Below, one piece after another: positions 30,474 to 41,315 of a stretch of DNA of 64,000 bases (position 1 is its first letter; every line of letters starts with the position of its first letter). Source of the DNA: Acidobacteriota bacterium (lineage in GTDB: Bacteria > Acidobacteriota > UBA6911 > JACQSX01). The translations under genes were made by a program, and so were the position numbers. The stretch covers positions 32,001 to 96,000 of the forward strand of contig DASXQR010000152.1 of the NCBI GenBank assembly GCA_036507075.1, given 5' to 3'. The notes beneath the pieces are model-generated. The model saw nothing but the letters and a program-made list of their open reading frames with translations. It was not told where the DNA came from and did not search any database.

Positions 30474-33400
30474 ATGCGAAGATTCATCTGGCTCACTCTC
30501 GTTATTCTTCCAATCTTTATGCTCGCCGGCCACACCGTTCGAGCCCAGTCCGAACTTGCCACGCTCACCGGAACCATAACCGATTCCAGCGGCGCCGTTA
30601 TCCCCGGCGTCGAAATCACGGTCACAAATGAAGCCACCAATATCGCGGTGTCGACAGTGACGAACGAAAGCGGGCGCTATGTCGTGCCCAGCCTCAAGCC
30701 GGGGACGTACACAGTGGCAGCATCGCTTCCCGGGTTCAAGAAGCAGGTCAACTCGGGCGTGACGCTGCAGGTAAACCAGACGGCCAGACTGGATTTGACA
30801 CTGACGGTTGGCGAGGTGAGCCAGGAAGTGGTGGTCTCTGCAGAGGCGCCGCTGCTGGAAACGGAAACCTCTAACCGCGGGGCTGTCATTGATGAGAAGA
30901 AGATTGTAGAGCTGCCGCTGAACGGCAGAGATTACAACCAGCTTGCGACACTCTCTCCGGGAGTGCTGCCCCCTACTCCGCGGCTGCAGTCGATCGGTTT
31001 CAAGGGCGCATTCAACGTCAACGGAAATCGGGCCTTTCAGAATGCCTTCCTGCTGGACGGCGTGGACAACACTTCCTATTCAAATTCCTTCCGCGGGAGC
31101 AACATGCAGGTAGTGCAGCCGTCGGTTGACGCGCTGCAGGAATTCAAGATTCAGACCAATGCGTACTCGGCCGAATTCGGACGCAGCGCGGGAGCGCTGA
31201 TCAATGCCGTGATCAAATCGGGGTCGAACGCGTTTCACGGCTCGGCGTATGAATTTCACCGCAACAAAAGCCTGGATGCATCTAATTTCTTCTCCAATAA
31301 AGCCGGCGCATCCAAACCATTCCGATTGCGAAACCAGTTTGGTGGAACCTTCGGCGGACCGATCGTAAAGAATAAGACATTTTTCTTCGCAGATTACGAG
31401 GGGCTGCGCGATCGACTGGGCGTGGTGCGATTTACATCCGTGCCGCAGCCGATCTGGACCAAGGGAATGTTTACCGTTCCCATTTTCAATCCTTACAATC
31501 CCACCGATACCGGACAGGACTTTCGCAAGCCGGCCACGGCGGATTGCAACGACGGAAAGGGCAACTGTTGGATAATTCCTCAGAACCTGCTCGACCCGGT
31601 CGGTCAGAAGGTGGTAAGCGTAAATCCGCTTCCCAACACCGGCGCGCCCGGACAAGTCGATCTGAACTATGTCAACGTTCCGATCACGCGCAACCGCACG
31701 GATCAGTTTGACGTGCGGGTGGATCACAGCGTCTCGTCGAGCCTGAATCTGTTCGGCCGGTACTCGTTTTCCGACACGAACCTCTTCCAGCCGGGGCCGC
31801 GGCCGGGGCTCTCGGAAGCATCGTTTAATGATACTTTCGGAGCCGCGCTGTGGCGCTCTCAGGCCATCGCGGCGGGAGCTACGTGGATTATTTCCCCCCA
31901 TGTGGTTTCTGACCTTCGCTTCGGATTTGCGCGCGGCAACTTCTTCCAGACCCCGCCAAACTTCGGATCCGGATGCCCGGACAAGCTTATCGGACTGAAG
32001 GGAGCGCCCACGGATGAGGCTATTTGCGGCGGCATCCCGGTGATGAATCTACCCGGTGGGAATCAGCGGAGAATCGGACGAACTACCTCGGTGCCTCAGT
32101 TCCAGACGCCACGATCCTATGACATCCGTGACTCAGTCGCCTGGACACGGGGTGCGCATTCCATCAAGTTCGGCGGCGGATTACTCCATGTGCAAACCGG
32201 GATTCGCGACGTCAGCTCGCTGCTTGGAAGTTTCACTTTCAGCGGCCGATTCACCGGTTCCACCACCAACGCCGATTATCAGGCCGGGCTTGCCGATCTG
32301 CTGCTTGGCTTTCCCACGCGCTACCAGCAGGACTCCAACACCGTGTTCAACCAGTTCCAGAAAATCTACTCTGCTTTTGTTCAGGACGACTGGAAGGCCG
32401 GCTCCAAACTGACGCTCAACTATGGATTGCGCTACGAATTCGCCACTCCGCCGCGCGAGAGGGACCATCAGGCGGCAAACTTCGATTTCAAAAACCAGGC
32501 ATTCACCCAGTCACGCAGCGGCAGCATTTTTGAAGAAGCGCTGATTCACCCCGACAAGAATAATTTCGGACCGAGGATCGGGTTTGCGTATTCAATGATG
32601 GATCGTGTGGTCCTGCGCGGCGCTTACGGCGTGTTCTATAACCACACCAGTCGCACCGGAAGAGAGGGCATGCTGGGATTCAATCCTCCGTTCATCGTAC
32701 TGGCGGATTCTCAAATCGGCGGCAGTAATGTCCTTAAGTCCACAAACGCGATTTTCCGTCTGCAGGATGGAATACCCGCCGGTTTTGTCGATCTAAAGCA
32801 GGTAAACCTGACTACTGTAGCCCGCAAGGCGCAGGACATTAACCAGCGGACCACTTACGTTCAACAATGGAACTTCGGAATACAGCACGAATTGATCAAA
32901 GACCTGCTGCTGGATGTCGCTTACGTCGGCAACAAGGGAACCAAGCTGGCTGCTTTTCGAAACCTGAACCAGCGGTTCGTGGTCTTCAACCCAACCACCG
33001 GCGCGCCGTCGGCAGGAGCCAGACCTCTGGCGGGAGTAGGCCTGAACGGAAATATCCAGTTTCTCGAGAATCTCGGGATCTCCAACTATCACTCACTCCA
33101 GACACGCCTCGAGAAGCGCTTTTCCAGGGGTTTGTCCGGCCTGGTTTCGTACACCTGGGGAAAGGCCCTTACCAATTCCGTGGATCACCTCTCTACCAGC
33201 GGCGTCGGGAATGGAACTGATGTGGGCGTGTTTCGCGAGCCACAGAATGGGTTGGATCGCAGAAATGAGTATGGGCTGGCCGAGTTTGACGTTAAACACC
33301 GGTTTGTCGGATCGGCGGTGTGGGAGATTCCCTTCGGACGCGGGCGGGCGTTCGGGTCGGATGCAAGCGGCGCGCTGGATCTCCTGTTGGGAGGATGGCA

Positions 33401-33860
33401 GCTTTCCCCCATCGTAACGGCGCAAAGCGGACTGGGGCTGACAGTGCTTCAGAGCCAGGTCCTGGACCTGGGGGATGAGCGGCGCAACCGGCCGAATCGC
33501 CTCGCCAATGGAACGCTTCCCTCCAGCCAGCGGACAGTGGATCGCTGGTTTGACACCAGCGCTTTCAAGGCTCTGCAGATCGATCCAACCCGCGATGGGT
33601 TCGTGGCCAACCAGGCTTTCGGGAATGCCGGAGTGGGTATTATGCGAGGGCCCAACCTTGTCAACGTTGATTTCAACTTAAGCAAGACGTTTCGCGTCAG
33701 CGAGGGCCAGTCGGTTCAATTTCGATCCGAGTTTTTCAATGCATTGAATCACACCAACCTGGGTGTGCCGGGAATAACCATGGGCGGAGGCTTCGGCGTA
33801 ATCTCCAGCACGTCGACTGAGGCGAGGATTATTCAGTTTGCTTTGAAGTACCGCTTCTGA
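30474..33860 (+). CDS. TonB-dependent receptor (Oar-like, carboxypeptidase-regulatory N-domain)
   Basis: GTITDSSGAVIPG, LPLNGR, YSAEFGRS, NFGPRIGFAY, C-terminal QFALKYRF. Confidence 0.93.
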   Translation: MRRFIWLTLVILPIFMLAGHTVRAQSELATLTGTITDSSGAVIPGVEITVTNEATNIAVSTVTNESGRYVVPSLKPGTYTVAASLPGFKKQVNSGVTLQVNQTARLDLTLTVGEVSQEVVVSAEAPLLETETSNRGAVIDEKKIVELPLNGRDYNQLATLSPGVLPPTPRLQSIGFKGAFNVNGNRAFQNAFLLDGVDNTSYSNSFRGSNMQVVQPSVDALQEFKIQTNAYSAEFGRSAGALINAVIKSGSNAFHGSAYEFHRNKSLDASNFFSNKAGASKPFRLRNQFGGTFGGPIVKNKTFFFADYEGLRDRLGVVRFTSVPQPIWTKGMFTVPIFNPYNPTDTGQDFRKPATADCNDGKGNCWIIPQNLLDPVGQKVVSVNPLPNTGAPGQVDLNYVNVPITRNRTDQFDVRVDHSVSSSLNLFGRYSFSDTNLFQPGPRPGLSEASFNDTFGAALWRSQAIAAGATWIISPHVVSDLRFGFARGNFFQTPPNFGSGCPDKLIGLKGAPTDEAICGGIPVMNLPGGNQRRIGRTTSVPQFQTPRSYDIRDSVAWTRGAHSIKFGGGLLHVQTGIRDVSSLLGSFTFSGRFTGSTTNADYQAGLADLLLGFPTRYQQDSNTVFNQFQKIYSAFVQDDWKAGSKLTLNYGLRYEFATPPRERDHQAANFDFKNQAFTQSRSGSIFEEALIHPDKNNFGPRIGFAYSMMDRVVLRGAYGVFYNHTSRTGREGMLGFNPPFIVLADSQIGGSNVLKSTNAIFRLQDGIPAGFVDLKQVNLTTVARKAQDINQRTTYVQQWNFGIQHELIKDLLLDVAYVGNKGTKLAAFRNLNQRFVVFNPTTGAPSAGARPLAGVGLNGNIQFLENLGISNYHSLQTRLEKRFSRGLSGLVSYTWGKALTNSVDHLSTSGVGNGTDVGVFREPQNGLDRRNEYGLAEFDVKHRFVGSAVWEIPFGRGRAFGSDASGALDLLLGGWQLSPIVTAQSGLGLTVLQSQVLDLGDERRNRPNRLANGTLPSSQRTVDRWFDTSAFKALQIDPTRDGFVANQAFGNAGVGIMRGPNLVNVDFNLSKTFRVSEGQSVQFRSEFFNALNHTNLGVPGITMGGGFGVISSTSTEARIIQFALKYRF

Positions 33861-33971
33861 AAGGCCGGAAGGCGGAAAGCGGAAGGCAGAAAGCAGAAGG
33901 CAAAATTTCCTGGTGCCTTGGTGTCTTGGTGGCAAAAAAACGATCAACCACCAAGGCACTAAGACACCAAA
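33860..33971. repeat. GCGGAAG heptamer tract plus family E arms
   Basis: GGTGCCTTGGTGTCTTGGTGG ... CCACCAAGGCACTAAGACACC. Confidence 0.75.
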
Positions 33972-33995
33972 AGGATTCCGCCGCTCGACTTGGCC

Positions 33996-36521
33996 CTACG
34001 CCCTCGATATGCAAAGAAGTGGCAGCGATTCCCATCGTCTTCGTTCTTCCAGCGCCGGCGGGATGATCAATGTCTGCGGCTTGGTGCTGTTGTCCGGCTT
34101 CTTCTTGAGGATTTTTTCCTGCCGCCTTTGCTCCTCTTGAATCTCTTTGCGCGTGCGTTCGTCGATTCTCTTGTCTTCTTCCGTTTCTTTCTCTTTGACG
34201 AAGCTGTAGGCGCGCTTCAAGGCGCGGCGGAATTCATCGCTCACGCTGTCTGCCTGAGGCACGGAGCCGATCACGTGCGGCGTAATCAGTATCACCAGCT
34301 CGGTGCGCCGGGTGTTGCGATTAGTTGAGCCAAAAAGCGCGCCCACAACCGGCAGGTCACCCAGCAGCGGGACGCGTGTGCGTGACAGGTTGTAGCTGTC
34401 GCTGATAATCCCGCCGATAGCAAGGGTGTGCCCGTCTCTGACGATCAGCGACGTCTGAATGTAGTTTCGACTGATCGTAGGCGTGAGGCCTCCGCCGGTG
34501 GGAGTGCTGATTTCAATCGCCAGATCCATTGTCACCATACCCGAAGCGCTGATCCGCGGATTCAGTATCAGGCTGGTACCGGTTTGACGAAACTGGATCT
34601 GATTCAGAAATGCGCCCGCGCTTCCGGTTTGAATCGGATCTCCAAACGAAGAGGTGGTCACGGGAACGTCGGCCCCGATGTTGATGGATGCTTCCTGCCC
34701 GTCGATAGCCAGTACTCTGGGGGCTTCGAGAACCTTGACATTGGTCTTGGTTCGCAGCGCGTTCAATTTGGCTTCGATTTCTCTGGAGTCCCCGATGATG
34801 AACCGCGTGGCCGCCGCCAGGGTCCCGGTAGTGCTGACAGACGCGGTGCTGGCAAGAGCCTGCTGGCGCGCTTCCAGAAAAGCGGCAATTCCAAAAGTCA
34901 GGTCATCGCGAAGCTCCACCGAGTAAACTTTGGCCTCGATCAGGACCTGGCGCGGCATCACATCGAGCTGTTTGATGGTCCGTTCAATATATTGATAATC
35001 GGCTTCGGTGGCCTGGATGATCAGCGAATTATTAAATTCGTTGACGATGATCTTGATGTTCCCGCCAAGGAGAGATCCGGTCCCCGCCTGGGACCGCTCG
35101 GAGATGGGACGCCCTTCAATACTGGGTCCCAGCCCTCCTCCGCGTATGTTCCTCCTTGGTCCCATGCTTTCCTGCGGCCGGATCGACTGGCGCTGCTGTG
35201 GCTGTGCCTGCTGCTGCTGGGTGGCCAACTGGCCTTCCGCCGTGGCGGCCGACGGCAGACCGGAACCGTCGCTGTAAAGCTGCGAGAGGATTTCCGCAAT
35301 GTTGCCCGCCGTGGAGTTTTCCACCTGGTAGACAAAGGTCTGCAGGTTCATCCCTCCCGAAGCCGAGTCAAGCTTCTCGATCCACTTGCGCACTTCGTCC
35401 ATGCTCCCCTTGGAGTGCGCCACCACCAGGATCGAATTCAAGCGTTCGATGGGAATGAAGTTGATCCCGCTGGACTCCCCGCCGCCGGCGAAAACCTTGG
35501 CAAGATCGGCGGCCACGTCGGGGGCACGATTGAAGCGAATCGGTATCAGCTCGGTGGTGTTGATGTCAAAGAACCGCGTGTCCAGTATGTCGATCAGTTG
35601 CTTTGCTTTTTCAATGTTCTTCCGGAAATCGGTGAGGATGAGAAGGTTTTTGGAGTCATACTGCAGCACAATCGACCCGCCCGACATGAATGGCTGCAGC
35701 AGAGTGACCATGTCCCCGACGGGAATAAACTGAAGCGGAATGATCTCGGTAATCATTCCTTTCTCATCCGACGTTCCCGGCCCGGAAATCGAGATCACCC
35801 GCGGGGCTGTTTCCGCTCCCGGCGGCGGCGCGCCGGCTGCGGCCTGGGTTCCGGCCGGAGGCGCGGGGCCGGGGGCCGCAGGCTTAATCACCTCGGTCTT
35901 GGTTTTCAAATCCAGCAGAATCTGGTGCGGAATTCTGATCGCTTCGGCGATCGGCACAATCAGATAGATTTCGTCCGCCTGGACGATGGCCGCGTTATTC
36001 AATTTGAGGATCATTTCGAGAGTGGCGAAGATATCCTCACGTTTGATCGGCTTTGTGGTCAGCAGGTTGACCGTGCCGTTGACCGCCGGGTCGATCATGT
36101 AGCTGAAGCCCAGCTCTCTCATCAGCGTTTCGATGACCGTGACCAGAGGCACGTTGGAAAACTGCAGCACGATTCCCTGACCTGTTGACTGCACCTGAGT
36201 AACCACCGGACCCGCGGGCTGCTGCTGCGTCGGGCGCCCGGGCTGTTGGGCGCCGGGCTGAACCTGGATCTGCTCGGGCTCGACCGCTGTGGGAGTAGAA
36301 GGTGTCGAGGGACGGTTGATCCCGCCAATGATGGTCTCCAGACCGCCCAACGGCGTTCGCTGCTGCTGTGCCGGCGCGGCCTGGACCGGTGAGGGCACGA
36401 TGACATTCCTGCGAGTCGTGGTTCTCTGCTGCAAGGCCAGCATCTCGGGCAACACCGCTCCCTGAAGGCTGCAGGCAGAGCAGAAGACTATCAGCACGCT
36501 AAACCAATTACGCCGTTTCAT
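33996..36521 (-). CDS. gspD: Type II secretion secretin
   Basis: N-domains, LDVMPRQVLIEA, RVPLLGDLPVVGALF, TELVILITPHV. Confidence 0.93.
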   Translation of the reverse strand: MKRRNWFSVLIVFCSACSLQGAVLPEMLALQQRTTTRRNVIVPSPVQAAPAQQQRTPLGGLETIIGGINRPSTPSTPTAVEPEQIQVQPGAQQPGRPTQQQPAGPVVTQVQSTGQGIVLQFSNVPLVTVIETLMRELGFSYMIDPAVNGTVNLLTTKPIKREDIFATLEMILKLNNAAIVQADEIYLIVPIAEAIRIPHQILLDLKTKTEVIKPAAPGPAPPAGTQAAAGAPPPGAETAPRVISISGPGTSDEKGMITEIIPLQFIPVGDMVTLLQPFMSGGSIVLQYDSKNLLILTDFRKNIEKAKQLIDILDTRFFDINTTELIPIRFNRAPDVAADLAKVFAGGGESSGINFIPIERLNSILVVAHSKGSMDEVRKWIEKLDSASGGMNLQTFVYQVENSTAGNIAEILSQLYSDGSGLPSAATAEGQLATQQQQAQPQQRQSIRPQESMGPRRNIRGGGLGPSIEGRPISERSQAGTGSLLGGNIKIIVNEFNNSLIIQATEADYQYIERTIKQLDVMPRQVLIEAKVYSVELRDDLTFGIAAFLEARQQALASTASVSTTGTLAAATRFIIGDSREIEAKLNALRTKTNVKVLEAPRVLAIDGQEASINIGADVPVTTSSFGDPIQTGSAGAFLNQIQFRQTGTSLILNPRISASGMVTMDLAIEISTPTGGGLTPTISRNYIQTSLIVRDGHTLAIGGIISDSYNLSRTRVPLLGDLPVVGALFGSTNRNTRRTELVILITPHVIGSVPQADSVSDEFRRALKRAYSFVKEKETEEDKRIDERTRKEIQEEQRRQEKILKKKPDNSTKPQTLIIPPALEERRRWESLPLLCISRA

Positions 36522-36536
36522 CTTTTCTCCGTGAGT

Positions 36537-37409
36537 TTACTGGTTGCGTCGCTGCGGCCGGGGAATTCGACCGAACGGTGTGTCCAAGTAACCCGCATTA
36601 GGTTGTGGACTCTGGTTTGTGATGCCCTGGTTTGGATAAATACCCTGCTGGCCGACCTGCGAATTGCTTCCGCGCGCCATTCCAGGCCGGGCGGCGCCAC
36701 TGGCATTGCCAAGCTGCGGAGCCACACCTGCGCCCGCCGGACCGGCCCCGCTTCCCACAGTTGAGACCTGAATTGAAGGCCCCGCAGGCGCTCCGGTTGC
36801 AGAGGAAGGCGGAAGAGAGGCCGGCGCGCCACCCTTCTTGCTTGATCCAACCTTGATGACGGTGGCCGCCAGGCGTCCAACCACCGGACCGCGAACTGAT
36901 GCCGCACGCTCGTTAATGCTGATATTGTGCGTCATTTCCCCCCAGGTAAAAACCATCCCGTCATTGCGGATCTCGGTAACGCGCCCAAAACCCATGATGG
37001 CGTCACCCACCTGGAATGTCTTGATCTGCTGTCCCGGCTCCTGGACATAGGCCACTCTCTTGTCTCCGATCAGTGAAACACCTGTCATTATCGGCGTGCC
37101 CTGCATCGGCGGAATCTTGGGCGTATTATCCGCAACAGGCTCGGGCGGCTCGATTTCGCGGCGATTCGGTGAAAACAAATTCTTCTCGAACAGCACGTTG
37201 TAATTGCCGGCCGGCTGAAGATGATATGAAGACTGAGTCGCCGGCAAGGAGTTTGTTGTCGCGCCCTTCGCGGGAGGCGCCTTGTTGACCCGGATTCTGG
37301 CAACGTTGTTCTGAGTTTCGTAGGATTGCCACTCCGTGAAGACCGCGTTACCTACGAACAGCACCGCCACCAGCAAAACGAGGTTGATCAACATAAGCTT
37401 TCGTCTCAT
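36537..37409 (-). CDS. GspC-like inner-membrane T2SS protein
   Basis: N-terminal TM helix, NLFSPNR motif, position just before gspD. Confidence 0.55.
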   Translation of the reverse strand: MRRKLMLINLVLLVAVLFVGNAVFTEWQSYETQNNVARIRVNKAPPAKGATTNSLPATQSSYHLQPAGNYNVLFEKNLFSPNRREIEPPEPVADNTPKIPPMQGTPIMTGVSLIGDKRVAYVQEPGQQIKTFQVGDAIMGFGRVTEIRNDGMVFTWGEMTHNISINERAASVRGPVVGRLAATVIKVGSSKKGGAPASLPPSSATGAPAGPSIQVSTVGSGAGPAGAGVAPQLGNASGAARPGMARGSNSQVGQQGIYPNQGITNQSPQPNAGYLDTPFGRIPRPQRRNQ

Positions 37410-37415
37410 GACCTG

Positions 37416-37970
37416 CTATCCTTTTCGGACCAGTGCAGCCAGCGTGATTCGAGGCTGCAATACCACCTGATTGCGATTCATATAACTGTTGACAGACAAC
37501 TGTCGAATTTCCAGAAAGTAGGGATTGCTCGCCAGCGCATACATGAAACGCGTCAACGGTCCGATGTCGGCGTTCACGTTAAAATCGATGGAAATCTTGC
37601 TGTAGCCGCTCTTGAGTTTTTCCTCGGGAAGAATATTGGTGCGCGTGATGGTCACACCGTTCGCCTGCGCATATTGATTCAGCGTGTCGCGCAGTTTGGC
37701 TTCCGCTTCGCCGGAATCATTCACCAGCAGGAACAAAGACTGGAGCTGGCGCTTGCGTGCCTGCAGCGTTTTGAGCTCTTTGACGTAGTCGTCGCGGCGC
37801 TGCAGGTAGGTCTGGTAGTTCCGAATTTTGCCTTTTTTCTGTTGAATCTGGTCCACCAGGTCCTTTTTGGAATCCATGAACGGCAATACCACCCAACCCA
37901 CCAGCACAATTGCCGCCGCGCCGATCAATCCCACCGATAGAACGATGCGTTCCCGCTTATTGATTTTCAC
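37416..37970 (-). CDS. gspM: GspM/PilO-like protein
   Basis: KRER followed by a TM helix, coiled coil and ferredoxin-like C-terminus; synteny. Confidence 0.7.
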   Translation of the reverse strand: MKINKRERIVLSVGLIGAAAIVLVGWVVLPFMDSKKDLVDQIQQKKGKIRNYQTYLQRRDDYVKELKTLQARKRQLQSLFLLVNDSGEAEAKLRDTLNQYAQANGVTITRTNILPEEKLKSGYSKISIDFNVNADIGPLTRFMYALASNPYFLEIRQLSVNSYMNRNQVVLQPRITLAALVRKG

Positions 37971-39361
37971 TGCTTGATCTCCGCCACAAAATTGAAGCGC
38001 TCTTTCTTCACACGCTGGTCGTAGGTGGTGTATTTGTTTTCCACCTTCTGCAGATGTCCCGATCGCAGCAGGACATTCTGAATGGCGGTGGGGTTGCTCG
38101 AGTAGCCGGTAATATCCACTCTCCTGGATTGCGAGTCGATGGTCATCATTTGCAAATAGGCTTCCTGCGGCAGCTTGTCCGTCAATTCCTTCATCACTTC
38201 CAGAGTGACGCTTCTCCCCCGCGTCAGTTCTTCCAGATACCCGATATCGACCCGGGTTGCGTCGATATCCTTCTGCATCTTCTTGAGCTCTTCGATTTTC
38301 GGTTCCAGAGAATGGATCCTGTCGTCCAGTTGATTAACGAACTCCTGCCCCTGGAAATAATCTCTCATGAAGTAAGCCGCCACTCCCGCGATCACCAGCA
38401 GCGCCAGAATGATCGTCGGGACATACACAATCTTCCTGGTAACCCGGCGCCGGGACGGCGGAACGAGATTGAGCGCAATCGGCGATTTCTTTGCGCGAAA
38501 CGAAGACAGCGCCAGTCCCACCGAATTGCTCAATTTGGCGGGATCTCGCAACTGCAGCTTTCCCTTCAGGGCATCCGCCAGAAGCTCGGTTTCCTTGAAG
38601 CGCTGTTTAAACTCGTGATACAGCCGGCCGGCATGCGTGCCGGAAAAATAAAACCGGTCGATCGTCCCATCGTCTACTTTGATCTGGGAGAGCAGTTGCT
38701 GCAACTGATCCAGCAAATGATCGACGGTGCTGCTTTCGCTGCTTACGGTCAGCTCGCGCGAAAAGATATTCTCTTTCCCCTGCAGAACCACCATTTCCGA
38801 AGCGGCATCATTGATGTCAAAAACCACTACCAGATCCTTGCCGGCAAGCAGATCCTTCTTCAGCGAAACCAGATTAAAGATCGCCGATGTGCTCATCTCA
38901 ACGCGACTGGGAGGCAGCTTGTTGGCCCAGAGGCGATCAATATAGGGATCCAGCCATCCCTTTCGCACCATGGCCACCTGCAGCAGCAGTTTCTTCCGCT
39001 CCAGGTCCTGCTTCAAGATCACATGGTCAAAGTAAGATGCTCCTTCTTCGCTGGGCAGGTAATATTCGACTTGATACTTGACCAACTGTTCGAGATTTTC
39101 GGCCGCTTCCAGCGGCAGTTCCAGTTGGCGCAGGATGACCTGATTGCGCGGCAGTCCAAGAATGATGTTCTCGCGATTGAATCCGTTGTGCTTGCGGATG
39201 TTCTGGATCTTCTGCCGCAGTTCCACTTTGTCGAGCTGGAGGAAGTTTTCAATCACCTGCGTGCTGCTTGCGGCAAATCCACTGAGGCGCTTCTTGACCA
39301 CAGTGAAGACCACATCATCTCCGCGGATTTCGATTCCCAGGCTCGAGTTCACGCTAAGCAT
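37967..39361 (-). CDS. GspL / PilM-PilN-like protein
   Basis: Actin-like N-domain (LGIEI), LNLVPP, TM helix, PilN-like C-terminus. Confidence 0.75.
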   Translation of the reverse strand: MLSVNSSLGIEIRGDDVVFTVVKKRLSGFAASSTQVIENFLQLDKVELRQKIQNIRKHNGFNRENIILGLPRNQVILRQLELPLEAAENLEQLVKYQVEYYLPSEEGASYFDHVILKQDLERKKLLLQVAMVRKGWLDPYIDRLWANKLPPSRVEMSTSAIFNLVSLKKDLLAGKDLVVVFDINDAASEMVVLQGKENIFSRELTVSSESSTVDHLLDQLQQLLSQIKVDDGTIDRFYFSGTHAGRLYHEFKQRFKETELLADALKGKLQLRDPAKLSNSVGLALSSFRAKKSPIALNLVPPSRRRVTRKIVYVPTIILALLVIAGVAAYFMRDYFQGQEFVNQLDDRIHSLEPKIEELKKMQKDIDATRVDIGYLEELTRGRSVTLEVMKELTDKLPQEAYLQMMTIDSQSRRVDITGYSSNPTAIQNVLLRSGHLQKVENKYTTYDQRVKKERFNFVAEIKQ

Positions 39362-40524
39362 TAGAGTTCCAGGTTATTCTCGTTCCAGTAATAAATTCTG
39401 TATCCGGTGGCACTGATGTTGTCGGAACCAAACGTGCAGCGGATCAGCGAAGCGATGCGTTTTCCGTTGAGCCGGGCCGTGATCTTCAACGAAAACACGT
39501 TGCTGGGGCTCAGAGTCAGGAAACTCATCACGTTCGGATCTGCCTGAAATCCCAATTGTTCACCGAGCTGTCCGGCTGCCGACAGCTTCATTTCACCCCG
39601 GCGGGCGACGATCTGCCGGGCCCGCTCGGGATCCATTCCCGGTATAGATGCAAGAACCTCAAATGGGGCTGACTTTATGTTGATTTGATTCCTAAATGTA
39701 TAAGTCGTCAAAAAGTTGACCAATCCACCACGAATCATTTCCTTCCCCGATTCATCCTTAAACTTCTGACCGTAAAAGATTTCCGGCGTCACTCCTTTGA
39801 CCAGCAACAGCTCCTGGATATTGTCAAAGAGGCCGTCCTTGCAATGGTACGGCTCGGGCAAAGACATGTAATAGTCGTCCTCGGCCCCTAGAGGCAGGGG
39901 GTCTTTGTCGGGATCCCGCCAGTCGCCAATGGCGTCGGTAATGGCCAAGGCCGTGTCCCGGTTGACCCCGAGCTGTGCCAGCAGCCCCCGGAGCAAATCC
40001 GGGGGGGCAAGATTCAGGTTGATCTTGCCGGTTTCATCCGTGATTTCAACGTCGGCTTGCCCTCCGGCCATGGCAAAGGTCAAATGGCCGCTGTCCAGCT
40101 CCTCGTCTATGTCCTGTTGCGCGCCTGCAGCCAGGGTCGCCACCCCCTGAGTTTTCAACGCCTGAATCAGGGCGCGATTGATCGTGTAATAAGCCGCCGA
40201 GCGCGCGATGTAATAGGACTGCTTCAACTCGACCTCGTTGACGGTGGCCTTCACTTCCATACGCACCGACCGGCTGAAAGAGAGCGCGATCAGCGAAAGG
40301 GCCACCAGCACCCAGGAAAGCAGCACCATCAGCGAGCCGCGCTCTTTCAAATGCGGAATGGGGAATGCGGAATGCGGAATGCATTCTGAATGCGGAATGG
40401 TGTCTTGGTGTCTTGGCGGTTGATAGTTTTTTAACCACCAAGACACCAAGGCACCAAGAATTCTCCCATTCCGCATTCCGCATTCCCCATTCCGCATTCG
40501 GAAAGCGTTCCGCATTCGACTCAC
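39361..40524 (-). CDS. gspK: Minor pseudopilin GspK; leader contains a repeat insertion
   Basis: KERG followed by a hydrophobic segment, DETGKINLN, DWRDPD, ELLLVKG; start uncertain. Confidence 0.88.
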   Translation of the reverse strand: MSRMRNAFRMRNGECGMRNGRILGALVSWWLKNYQPPRHQDTIPHSECIPHSAFPIPHLKERGSLMVLLSWVLVALSLIALSFSRSVRMEVKATVNEVELKQSYYIARSAAYYTINRALIQALKTQGVATLAAGAQQDIDEELDSGHLTFAMAGGQADVEITDETGKINLNLAPPDLLRGLLAQLGVNRDTALAITDAIGDWRDPDKDPLPLGAEDDYYMSLPEPYHCKDGLFDNIQELLLVKGVTPEIFYGQKFKDESGKEMIRGGLVNFLTTYTFRNQINIKSAPFEVLASIPGMDPERARQIVARRGEMKLSAAGQLGEQLGFQADPNVMSFLTLSPSNVFSLKITARLNGKRIASLIRCTFGSDNISATGYRIYYWNENNLEL

Positions 40525-41315
40525 TGTGCGCCTCCGCCGATGATTCCGCGCAGGTTCGGCGGGATGACGCCCCCGGCTCCAAATCCCGGTCCACCGGTGG
40601 TTCCGTCGGCGTTAATCAGACCGACGATTCTCAGTTTCTTCTGATCCTTTTTCAGCATCGTGATGCGCACGGCCAGGGGAAGCTTTCCCACGGTCTCCGC
40701 GTCCCAACTGGTGTGCCAGAAGTACTCGTCTGGTTCCTTGGCCCCGAAATATTCAAACGTGCCGTCTTCCAGGTTTTTGAAAAAGACAGTTCCTTTGACC
40801 TTGTCGCCGACCGTCATTTCCAGGTAGGTCTGCCCGCCGCGGTACTGTTCTTCGGTCTCGACAAATTCCAGGGCGCCCTGCTCGCCCCGGTCAAACGAAT
40901 AGGAGATCATCGACATGCCCGCGTTCTTGCGGAAAAAAAGTGGCGCGAAGCTCGCGAACAGGATGCGCCTGGGCTCTCCTTTGAACAGGGGCGGAATCCG
41001 GAGCCGGGCATTCACCAGGCGCTCAAAAAAGCTGTCGGGGGTTCCCGGCGGGGCGACGCCTTGTTGCTGTTGCTGCTGCTGGCGGATCGGTTCGTAAAAC
41101 TTCCCCTGAGGCCGGACCGGGTAGGTCGAGCCGATCTGCGTCTTTACCAGTCCGATGACTACTTTTTCGCGCTGGGAGTAATCCATGCGCTCCTGGCCGG
41201 TCCGATAAATCTTCAACGACACCTGCAGGGCGGTGAAGATGATCAGCGACAGGACGCCGATCAGCGCCAGCGAGATCACAAGCTCAATGAGGGTAAAGCC
41301 GCGCCTGTCTGTCAT
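40521..41315 (-). CDS. gspJ: Minor pseudopilin GspJ-like
   Basis: RRG|FTLIEL N-methylation motif; ATGA overlap with the upstream gene. Confidence 0.75.
   Translation of the reverse strand: MTDRRGFTLIELVISLALIGVLSLIIFTALQVSLKIYRTGQERMDYSQREKVVIGLVKTQIGSTYPVRPQGKFYEPIRQQQQQQQGVAPPGTPDSFFERLVNARLRIPPLFKGEPRRILFASFAPLFFRKNAGMSMISYSFDRGEQGALEFVETEEQYRGGQTYLEMTVGDKVKGTVFFKNLEDGTFEYFGAKEPDEYFWHTSWDAETVGKLPLAVRITMLKKDQKKLRIVGLINADGTTGGPGFGAGGVIPPNLRGIIGGGAQ

Noticed and set aside
34428..36188. Long antisense ORFs (also 14172-15770, 25937-27286, 38054-39364, 52209-53615)
   Set aside because: Shadows of well-supported genes in GC-rich DNA.
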